This document shows, one piece after another, positions 52,613 to 64,000 of a DNA stretch of 64,000 bases (position 1 is the first letter of the stretch; the number at the start of each line of letters is the position of its first letter). Made by a program: the position numbers and the translations under genes. The DNA is from Octopus sinensis. Lineage: Eukaryota. A model generated the notes under the pieces. It was not told the DNA's origin. It saw only the letters and a program-made list of their open reading frames with translations, and did no database searches. The stretch lies in contig NC_043000.1 in assembly GCF_006345805.1 (NCBI RefSeq), positions 48,484,001 through 48,548,000 on the forward strand, written 5' to 3'.

Positions 52613-54741
52613 TAATATAAATTATACTACTACAAGAACATTGCATTAGCACTTTTTTCTTAGGCTAATATCTTAAGTAACCAACGATAAAAAAAGAAAC
52701 TTATTTAATCTGCTAGAAATAGCAGTCAAACTTTCCTCAGAGCACAACCTACTCTCTTCTCCTACACCCAAATAAAAATATAAATAAACTGAATCAACTT
52801 TGAAAACCACCCCCAAAAGCCAAATGGTTACGGCTGCAGCACCTATGATCATAAATGTACTTGATTAGAGCTTATCTCCCGGGAAAAAACGGTATCCGTT
52901 CAGATAGACACTTTAAATTTAAGACATTCCGTCTTCTCCATGTCATGATTTATTTTGTCCTTTCCACTATGCTCTCTTTATAATCTATTGTGGTGCACAA
53001 ACTAGTACACGAAGACATTGTGCACGCTAAGGATGTTATCATGTGATCAGAGTATCTTTTAACTTTGTTAAAACACAGACCTGTTAGAAGTGATATCCGA
53101 GGTTAAATCTGAGTTCATATTTAGATTCAAACGAAGCTCTCGGCAGTTATACAATGCTACCTTAATGTTTATAGTAACGATGTTTATCTTTCCATGCTGT
53201 CTATTTACAGATAGCTGGATAGAACAGAATAGGACAGATAAATGAATAAATAGCTAGCTAGACAGACAGACAAGTAGATAGATAGATAGATAGAGATAGA
53301 TCTATAGCTAGGTAGGTGTACTGGTAGGTAGATTAATGGAAAAACATTGTTTAATTAGTAGATAGTTGGTTAAGAATATTACTAATGGACACAGCATTGC
53401 CTCGGTTATTGAATATGAAAAGTCGGTTATTTAATTAATAGATCGGTAAAACAACATTAAATTTTTTCTATATTTAAGATGAACACTCGTGTGATGAGAA
53501 TGCTGCTGTACTCCATCTCCGAATGTAGGAGTCGATGTCTGATCAGGTGGTAAAGCAGCTCTGTAAGCCTAAAAATAAATCTGCTTGGTTAGATGTTGGG
53601 CTTAACTAGTCACTTAGTTTAATGTAACCACAAGGTATGTGTATGCCTAAAAGGAGTTTATTCTGTCACAAGTATTCAGACAACGTCTCCGGTCAGAGAA
53701 CAAATACGCCCTCTTCCCCATCCCACCCCCAACGTTATTAGAGGCCCGATAAAATGGAATTGACGCTGAACTTCCTTATCTGACAATCTTATGAAAAACG
53801 TTGACCACCGATAGAAACAATATACTAAATTGACGAATTTACAAAAGTCTCTAAAAACTGTTATTTTACTACACACTACAGTATCACTTAATATCACTAA
53901 TTATAATGAAACATTTCGTTTTTGTAAAGACACCGATCATTTATCCTTAAATCAGTTTGTGAATAATTAAAGATATAATATATTATTTAGTCGAAACATA
54001 TAGTTAATAGATTGGCACATCACACTTACTATCGTTTTATCAATAACTCTAAACGTTTACAGTGACCCTTCATAAACCATTATTTTTATTGTCTTTGTGG
54101 AGAAAATTCGAGGGGTAATTTGTTTCCTTTAATGACTTTTTAAATATATGTTGGAACATTCCCTTCTAGAATATCATACTTCAGCATATTGTATTGCCAT
54201 CTTATCTGTAAAGTAGGTTTTATCTATTTATTTCTTTGTGACAAGGACCCACTCAAAATATGCGTCCAGAAGATTACTGTAAATTTGCATTTGGTCAGCG
54301 TTAGTGAGGTAAAAATACAGTGCAGCATGAATAAAAGTAGCAAAGACATAAAAACACAACAGAAGCATAACATACAAATAAGTAATTAGTATAATACGCT
54401 GTGCAGCAGAAGACGAGATATTGATGTTTCGAACTTTAATTCCTTGTGAAGACAGAACAAAAAGAAAAAGTTGAAGTAGAAAAGATGCGTTTTAGGACAA
54501 AGCCTTGGCTATTTAAATAATTACAAGGGCAATAATTAAGGTTTCAAATGTTGGCATAATATTCCAAATTTAGTGGGAGATTACTCGCTAACATTGACCT
54601 CGCTGTTTAACTAGTATGTAGTAAAGGATGAACGGCAAAGTTGACCTCAGTAGAATTTGAACTCAGAAACCTTGTGTTAGAGGAATACACAAGCATACAC
54701 ACACATGTGCATATTTGCACACATCCAATATAACAGACTTG

Positions 54742-54895
54742 ATTCTCTCTTCTCTCTCCTCCTTTCTCTCTCCTCCTTTCTCTCTCTCCCTTTCCTTTCT
54801 CTCTCTCTCTCCCTTTCCTTCTCTCTCTCTCTCCCTTTCCTTTCTCTCTCTCCCCCTTTTCTTTCTCTCTCTCTCCTCCTCTCGCTTTTTCTCTC
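54742..54895. repeat. Polypyrimidine (CT)-rich tract
   Basis: About 150 nt almost exclusively C/T. Confidence 0.9.
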
Positions 54896-57800
54896 AAACA
54901 CAGAGGCACACACTTCAAAACCTTGTTCTCACGCTTATTTCCTTTAGCACATGTCCGTTCTTCTCGGCTAGACTCCAACTTCTCTACTTATATCCTATCC
55001 ATTTTATAACATGTATCGCTTCTGGGAATCGAACTTGCTTTTTTGTTTTCCTTTAAATTTTTCTCCCTGTTTTGTTCTTTCATGCATTTTGAAGAACTCA
55101 GATGTCTTAAATGTTCATATCGCTTCCTCTTCTTCGCAGTGAACTTTTGTTCATTACTTTTCTAGTTAATGTTTCGCTCTGTTTTTGTTAATATTTCAAC
55201 CAGTATACAAATCCCATGATTTGCGAATCTTAATCACATGCTGCATCACGAGCAAGTTATAAATCGAGGCAATGCCTTCATTCGATCATATCTGATCAGG
55301 GGATAGACAACAATCAAAAACAATATGTAATATTCTACATCACACGCTGTATGGCCGGCTAAATACTTGTATATACAAAGCCGCTTATTGCTCTTAGTAA
55401 TTAGAAATTAAATTTATCCTTAAAAGAAAGTGCTGTGTCATTTAGTCGGTGATAATGGTTTCATGCTCTGTTTATATCGTACCCCGTAAATATTTGCAGT
55501 TTATTCTATAATTGTGCTTCTAGTATTATGTGGAAGACTTAAAAAAATATAATTTGCAGTTAAAAAAGACGTAAACCAAAAACACTACTTTCTATTGAAA
55601 ACTGATGACTTTTGTACTTTGAAGCAAAAATCTTTTCAGTCAAATTTTGTTTTATTCAGACATTTTTTTTCAGCTATTTATTTACATTTACATGTTGGTG
55701 TTATTCTGCTCAGCCAACTATCGGTTTTCAACTTATAGAATTGAAGCCAATCGCTATGATAAGGTTAGCACGCTCACGAATTCTCCGGATTTCTATTATA
55801 GATATTTGCAACTTTTCCAAAGGAAGCAAACAAGTAGAAGACTGTAGGATCTATAGAAAGAAATTCCAAAAGTTATCTTGCACTACAAAACCAAATATTG
55901 CTGTATTGGCTGGTTTCCGATACAAATTTTAGTAGAGTTTTCTCGTTGTTTATCGATCGTCAGTCGTTTTTTTTTTCTCTTCTTTCCTTTCGACGTTAAA
56001 CTCTGCAGAAACAAGCAAATGTAAAAGTGCAAGGCAGATGAACCTAGAATAATGACAAACACTTCTTTGGAATAGAATACATTAGTCTATTCATTACGTT
56101 TCAGACTTACGCTTCCTGTTTCATTACTAGTTTTCATATCAATAATTGTTTCTCATGCAACTACGTCTGCCAATCAATGAGATTACTTCATGCCTATTCG
56201 CATATTATACATTGTTGAGAGCCGATAATAAACAAAAAGTTTAATGGTGCCTGAGTTCATGTTTGTATATTAGAATTTACTCTTACGAAACAAACTCCAT
56301 TGTTCATCTATTAAAGAAATCTATGAGAAACACGCAACCTGTATTCCGACTATTTACGTGATGTAAGTCTAGCTACGAAAAAATGTGCCTAAGTGATAAT
56401 ACTTGCGTTTGCTGTGTCAAATTCAAACCTCAAATGACTCCGGCAGACTGGCTTAATCTAAATATATTTCTCAACTATTCAGCGGTGCACTGATGATACA
56501 ATGGCTTTCTTAAGACTAACTTCACACTTATAACACAATTCATTTAAGAACTTCTGTAAATCTAATGCACATGTAACATACATTTCATGCAACGCCTTTA
56601 ATATAATATTGCTAAATAGAATAAATTTTGTCTTGTCAGGGTTTAACACAAGCTTTGCTTCATTGGGTTGACCGTTGCAAAAACACTCCTTACAATTATC
56701 TGTTTAATTACTATATCCACCAAGGAACTATTATAGGTTATATATAATTATATTCGCAGAGCTGAATCATAGTAATTCAGCACTGATAATTTATATTCTA
56801 TCGCTGTAAACGGAGTAACATTTCTTCCACAAGGATACACTAAATGAAATATGAGTTTATGAGGGACCTTCAGTACAGTCGCTCGATTTGTTAGAAATGG
56901 CTACATATTCCTTCTCAAATCGTACTCCACTGTACTTAAATATTACATAAAACACGTTGGATAAAGTTGTCTTAAGTTGATTGAATAAAGTACTAAAAGA
57001 CATGATGGCCACGAGTGGAATGTCTTTGGTCGTCGGATTGTTTCTTTGTTTCTGACCAGAGACTAGATAACTAAATAAGATGTTGTTTTATCCAATGACA
57101 ATGAAGAATTTAACAGGATGAATATGGGCCAATGGGATACTCATGTATTAGACTATACTGTGTATCATTGCATGGTATTTCTTTGGAGTTTGGCAAATTA
57201 ATTTACGAGAATTTTAGTGACTTGCTGCGAGACAAAGCAGCGTCATAGTTGATACATGTTATTAATCTGTCAATCGATAGACTTGTAGCCGTATAATTCA
57301 CCTGGCTGCGATATTCAGCAGGAATATTGTCATTTGATTACATTTTAAAAAAAGCTGGGAAATGAGAATGTGTGACAGTTATTCCTTCTTTCTTACAACT
57401 GTTTGCATGCAGATGTGGTTAAGTGATGTCCACAAGAGATCAAAACTGTGTAGCTGTGATCCAAAAAGAAACATTTTGTACGCACATCTTTTTGTTGTTG
57501 CTGGTGTGGAGAAAGGAAAAGTGTTCATAACATTCAAAACACTTTCAACACCAATGGGAGTGATGCCATTAATGTTCTTGAAACACAACAAAGCACTACT
57601 TGTGGGAAGATTTAAATAGCAGGGCAGCTCGCAAGGGCCGATGTTCTGGGAAACGAGGACGCTTGTAGTTAGTACAGAATCTGGAGGTTGGGTACAATAT
57701 GAGTGATAGAAGATGAAAAGAATAAACTGGTAATGTTTGTGTAGAGGTGCCATGAACTCTATCTAGAACAATGATCAAAAACTATTGTAGTGGTAGTGCA

Positions 57801-60484
57801 AAAAGCAGAGGAAGAGGAAACCGTACCCCTTAGGGTCAGGGACTAGAGAGTATCTGTGAGTGATACTATACCAATCAGTCAAATGATCATTTCCTTATTG
57901 AAATGACTCTTTGTTGCTTTTGAAGTAATTTCTGCATTTCCATTGCACTCAAGTTTGGAAATCTAGCATGAAAATTGTTTTACGTGAGATAGTCTTTCGA
58001 CAGCTAATCACATGAAAGGTGAAACAATTACTAATCATAAACACACGCAAAAAAAAAAACGAAAAAAACCCCCCAGAAAACTGCTCTAACTATGGTTTTG
58101 CCTGTTGGAAATTGTTATTAATATCCTTTCACAAATCAATCGTGCACATAAAATTTCTTTCTTACGTTGGGACAATTTTATAATGAAGGACTATCTATAA
58201 TCGATTAATTCGACTCAGTACATTACCTGCACTTATTTTATCGACCTCGCTAGGATTTTAACACATAACATAATGAGATATAACATTATATGCGAGCCAT
58301 TTAGTGTGATATATTACCATTTCTATAACTCCACCATTCTAGGTGTGTACACAAAACTAAGCATTTTATTCGCTTTCATGTATGTTTAGATTGTTGTCTC
58401 GGATAAAAATATCTTTGATGATAAATTACTCGTATATAATGTCTTTTCAGATTTTTGTCGATAGTAGCAATTTTGTTTTGAAGTTTTCAAAGAAAGTGAA
58501 CTCGAACAGCAAAATTTAGGATAAAAACCTTATTTAAATATTACAAACGACGTCTCGTATGGCTTTAATTGCGTATTTACTGAGGTTTATTGCCAAAAAA
58601 TTACAACATAAAATCTATTTAGACTATTCAAACATCGCCAGATGATGTAAAACATGTATTCCTCATTAAAACTATATAAATCCTAACAAGATAAGAAAAT
58701 AGACGTTCGCTTCAATGCGATCGTTATTGTATGAAAACATTATGCTTTCTCCTTTTCTTTCATTTCCACCACCTCTTTTTGGCATTCTCCCACATACATT
58801 TTCCTCAAATTTTCGCTCAACAGACACCTGTTATCTTTTGTATTTCTTTTCTCTTCTGTACTTCATCTACAGTTTCACCTTCCGTCTGTTTGGTGTGTAT
58901 TCTATACCTACCCCTTCTATAAACTCTTTTACCATTTTAATTTTATTACATATTTTTCTTATATAATTCAAAATTTTTTTTTTTTTGTTGGGAAATTCTT
59001 TCAATATTTTAACAAAGAAAGACTATTAATGTAATGATTATATCTCAGATAACAGTTTTCCTGATTTGAGGTTTTAAAAGTTGTTTCAAGCGATTCTCGA
59101 TTTTCACTTTAATAAGTATTTATCATAAAGCGACGAAGGAACAAAGATGCAAAGAAAACTTAGATAGAAAGATAGATAGATAGAGTGACAGAGTGGGAGA
59201 GAGAGAGAGAGAGAGAGAGCGAAAAAAGGAGGGAGGGATTAAATAAATAAAACAGAAAAGGGGATGAGAGAAAACAGGTTTCTTCGCATAGAATTAGTGC
59301 AATCAACTTAGTAAACTTCAGCTCTTTACTATATCTATCGACTTTTTCTTTCCAACTCTATATTACACTATAGACGCATGCACGCATGCACATACACACG
59401 CACACACACACACACACAATGAATATGGGTTTGCTTCTCCGAAATAATCATTATCCTTTCACAAAAAATCATGCAGATAAAATTCCTTTCTTACGTTGGG
59501 TACAAATCTATAATGAAGGACTACGTACATAATACACATAGATACATACATACATACATACATACATACAAACATACATACATATACAATAAGCTTATAC
59601 GTACACACATACACGATAAACTTATACATACACACATACACAATAAACATATACATGTATGCACAATATACTTATACATACATACATACATACATACACA
59701 ATAATCTTTTCGAAGGGAAGCGGTGAAGAAGCCGAGAAGTAGTCGCTCGACCAACTCGAAATAGCAGTCAATTTGGCTTAATACCACACCCAAAGTAAGC
59801 TTAGGTATCATCATCTGGACCTTGATAAAATATATCTGAAAACCAAAAATGATCTGATCTGAGGCTGAACAACAACGAGACTTCTTTTAGCTTACCTTCT
59901 TGACCCTTCCACTAAGTGACTAGTGTGGAACAAAGGACAAACACTGCGCTGATCAGTTTCTGGTCGGACAGGGGTCTTTGTTGGTGAAACTCTGTGGACA
60001 TTTGCGAAATAAGGCTGGATGCTTGAATTATAAGTACAGTCCATACGGCAAACTGTTCAAAAGGCTTAGGAAGAAGGGAGATTATGTTAAAAGACAGTTA
60101 CCTAAAATTCTACGAATATGGATCGAACCTAAGATTTCAGATTTGGTTAAAAACATTTAACCATTCAATCACGCCTAAATCCACACACACACGCGCGCGC
60201 GCGCAGACGCGCGCGTACATGAGCTTCATCTTTCACTTTCACTCTCGCGTGCGCATGCGTTTTTTGTTTTCCTAACCGTGATATGTGGGGATGGGGTAAC
60301 AGTGAATAATATTTACTGCATTTTTGACTTCGACAAAAACGGTGCTATGTCTTTTTGTCCGACGTCACTTCGCCAAACGTCTTTTCGTCCACATCTTTTG
60401 TTCCGACGTCTTTTGGTACGATGATTTTTTTTTTGTCCAACGAGAAATCCTATTAATAAAATTCTCGTCTTTCTGCAGCTCGTC

Positions 60485-60990
60485 TCCTTGACAGAGCTGC
60501 AGTCTTGGGGGAAGAACAAACCGTGACTAGGTGTCTAGTATCTAGAATGTCGTCAGCCCTCACAGCCTCTACCAGTTGATCAATGGGATTGGTAGATGTT
60601 CCACTTGAGAAATTTATAGAGGATTAGTGGCGGTTAAGTGCAACGGCGTTTTCGAAGAGACTCTAGGCGCCGACGAGAACGAACTGGCTAGACTGTTCCG
60701 GAGGATTTTCCGGTGGAAAACTATCATGGATAATTTCCAGATGTCCTTGGCCTGGCATTGCTACCGGATGTTATACACTGCTGATCACACAATGTGCTTC
60801 CTCGCGTTGTTGTAACTTTCGAAAGATGCTACTTTGCTGGTTAGGCGAGCTGGCCCACATCCAACCTAAATAAAAAGCCAGTCTACCGCAGAGTCACACA
60901 TTTACAGCTAAGTGCAGCTGGTGCAGCGTGAAATGAAGTGTTTTGTTCAAGAACACAACGCGCCACTTGTTTTGGAATGGAAACCCCAAT
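60485..60990 (-). mobile_element. Family C-core SINE with a long GC-rich tail
   Basis: 60900-60990 is the reverse complement of the C1 core (GCGTTGTGTTCTTGAACAAAACACTTCATTTCACG). Adjacent ~400-bp GC-rich block is presumed tail; left boundary uncertain. Confidence 0.55.
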
Positions 60991-61012
60991 CTTAAATGTT
61001 TAGCAAACACAT

Positions 61013-61200
61013 TTATCTTTTATCTTTTTCAGTCATTAGACTGCGGCCATGCTGGGGCACCGTCTTGAAGAATTTATAGTCGAAAGTATCGACCCCGGTA
61101 CTATTTCTTAAAGTCTGGTACTTATTTTATAGATCTCTTTTAATGAACCACTAAGTTACGGGAACATAGACACACCAACACCGGTTGTCAAGGTAGACAC

Positions 61201-61241
<41 letters not shown>

Positions 61242-61401
61242 CGAGCTTCTTTCAGTTTCCGTCTACTACCAAATGCACTCACAAGGCTTTGGTCGGCCCG
61301 AGGGTATAGTAGAAAACACTTGACCAAGGTGCCACGCAGTGGGACTGAACTCGGAACCATGTGGATGTGAAGCAAACTTCTTATCACACAGCTACCTCTG
61401 C
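61013..61401 (-). mobile_element. SINE family B
   Basis: Colinear with 39223-39617; internal repeat is (TA)n. Confidence 0.88.
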
Positions 61402-62934
61402 AACTATATAAATTCTTTTCTCTTTAGCTGCATCACAAAAATACCCAGAATTTCCTTTTGTAAATATGTGTTCGGTCCATGGTCTCACATACTATTAATT
61501 GACTTACTGTTCTGAAAAGAAAAATAATTCATTTGCGAACGTTTTCAAGCTACAATACCTTATAAACTCGGTTGCCGACTGATTTTGTCGTCTCATTAGA
61601 TTTTTTTTTTTTTTGGACATGACTTTATTGACAACGCTGATAACTTGGATGGTCAGCATTCGTATTACATTTGATATTGTTCTTACCTGAAAAGACAAAA
61701 CGTCAACAACAACAACAACAACAACAACCAAAACAATAACAAAAAAAATAATAATAAAATAACAATAAGAAACGAATGAAATGCTCACGCACACAAAAAT
61801 AAAAATTCTACAACGTTATTTCTGAAATGATAATATTACTGAAGTTTAGTTGGTATTGTTAGCCAACGAAAGAAACGTTATTCAGCGAATAGAAAAATAG
61901 AAGGTGAGAAATTGCCGTTATGATATAGATGGACTCGTTGATTGGTTGTAATCTTGCTATTGAGAAATCGGTATCTTCTGGTTAATTTGTAGCTGTTAGC
62001 GTTGCTGATAGTTGTAAAGTTTAATGACTATGGTGCCATCTAGTTCACTGGGCGAAAATTGCTTCTATTTATTATATTGCGAATAAAAAAAATTGCTTTA
62101 GGGAAAATGTCGTTCATTAAACAGATCAATTGTATTTGCTGCCAAACAGCTAGAATAGGCGCGAGTCAGTTCTTATTGAACGCTTTAATGAAACATGTAT
62201 CCTTTAGTTGAGCTATCTGAATATATATGAATACCTCTAAATATAAATCATATATATCGGCCAGTACTTTTAGCATTCAATAGAACTAGATATAATCTTT
62301 TGTCTAGTCAAAATAGCAGTCTTCTTCGTAGGAAACCTCTTAGATTAGAGAAGATAACCACTTGGTGACAAATGCCTGCGTGTGGGCAGTGCATCACGTG
62401 TATGGCTACCGCTTACCTGCCTAATACAAGAACGAGCGATAAATTTGATTGCAAGCTGGGAGTGAAAGAACTGAGCGCAATATCTTTTAATTGAACAGAC
62501 GTATAAATGTAATTACTGTAAGCTATACTCGTTAATTATATATCAGTCCTATTCTTTAGTGTAAAGAGTTATATCTACTTCAAGTACACACACACAATAT
62601 ATATATTCATATATATATATCGTGGCACTATAGTATAAGATGCTTGCTTCCTGAACACATGGTTTCAGGTTCAGATGTAGGCACCTTCGCAAGTGTCTTC
62701 TACTATACTCTCAGACAAATTCAAGACTTGATTTGGTGCATATATATATATATATATAATATATATATATATATAATCAGTGAGATGCAGTGTCTAATGA
62801 AATGAAGCTGTTGCTTAGCTGTTATTCTTCTCAAGCAACAAGTAACGGTTGTCCTTAGAGTTTGGGTAGCCTGGCTCAAGCTTTCGGAATTACGGAGATG
62901 TACTTGCATAGCAAATGATTTGATCTGAGAAAAT

Positions 62935-63320
62935 ATGGTGGAAGCACTCCGTCGGTTACGACGACGAGGGTTCCGGTTGATCCGAATCAACGGAACAGCC
63001 TGCTCGTGAAATTAACGTGTAAGTGGCTGAGCACTCCACAGACACGTGTACCCTTAACGTAGTTCTCGGGGATATTCAGCGTGACACAGAGAGTGACAAG
63101 GCCGGCCCTTTGAAATACAGGTACAACAGAAACAGGAAGTAAGAGTGAGAGAAAGTTGTGGTGAAAGAGTACAGCAGGGATCACCACCATCCCTGCCGGA
63201 GCCTCGTGGAGCTTTAGGTGTTTTCGCTCAATAAACACTCACAACGCCCGGTCTGGGAATCGAAACCGCGATCCTATGACCGCGAGTCCGCTGCCCTAAC
63301 CACTGGGCCAGTGCGCCTCC
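62935..63320 (-). mobile_element. tRNA-derived SINE, family C3, full length and CpG-rich (young)
   Basis: Head GGAGGCGCACTGGCCCAGTGGTTAGGGCAGCGGACTCGCGGTC...GGTTTCGATTCCC with A and B boxes; tail shared with 36918-37091. Confidence 0.88.
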
Positions 63321-63600
63321 ATCTCATGCTTGTACTGAGTGTAATACAGTATCGGTCAGACATTACGATCTACTGACGTTTCAGTCAATGTTTCGTTCTC
63401 TTATAGGTTCTCAGTCGTTTAAATTATTAGTCAGTACGGTTTGGACTGGTGTGACTAAACGATTATTAGTATTAGTATTTTTCGTCAAATCAGTAGACAC
63501 ATATGTTGGCTAAAGATACTTTACTAACGAAAATGTCAGAGCATCAGTTTTCTTGCTGCACATTTTGCAATTGTTGTGGAACCAATTTTGATAATTAGCA

Positions 63601-64000
63601 TTACTCTTTTACTCTTTTACTTGTGTCAGTCATTTGACTGTGTCCATGCTGGGGCACCGCCTTTATTCGAGCAAAGCGACACCAGGACTTTTTGTTTGTA
63701 AGCCTAGTACTTATTCTATCGGTTCCTTTTGCTGAACCGCTATGTTACGGGTACATAAACACACCAGCATCGGTTGTCAAGCGATGTTGGGGTGGGGGTG
63801 GGGGACAAACACAGACACACAAACATATACACACACACATGCATATATATACATATGTACGACAGGCTTCTTTCAGTTTCCGTCTATCAAATCCACTCAC
63901 AAGGCTTTGGTCGGCCCTTACCTAAGGTGCCACGCAGTGGGACTGAACCCGGAGCCATGTGGTTGGTAAGCAAGTCGCTTACAACACAGCCACTCCTACG
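63601..64000 (-). mobile_element. SINE family B, reaching the window edge
   Basis: Colinear with 39223-39617, with a ~20-bp internal deletion near 63918. Confidence 0.9.

Noticed and set aside
57379-57778. 124-aa ORF or possible LINE endonuclease start
   Set aside because: No convincing motifs or splice context; at best a decayed repeat.
63245-63320. tRNA gene
   Set aside because: A and B boxes are present but it continues into a SINE body and lacks a proper acceptor stem.

Overview
This is AT-rich, microsatellite-laden eukaryotic non-coding DNA. The SINE families look like those of octopus or another coleoid cephalopod (inference from recalled repeat consensus, not searched). No host protein-coding gene can be supported, and nearly all listed ORFs are microsatellite or repeat read-throughs. 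The window is a collection of mobile DNA: three or more tRNA-derived SINE families (several with clear target-site duplications and nesting), a solo LTR, two RTE 3' fragments, an R4/Dong-type fragment, a decayed Penelope-like RT, a non-autonomous Helitron, TTAA MITEs and fold-back elements. The standout is 45036-45945, a very young 352-bp tandem-plus-inverted repeat carrying two intact type I hammerhead ribozymes, i.e. a retrozyme-like (circular-RNA) element. One copy stops 3 nt short of the predicted self-cleavage site, and one hairpin loop is flipped between copies. The unit also carries a second multi-hairpin RNA motif that recurs with compensatory changes at 49277-49381 and that I cannot assign to any known RNA family.
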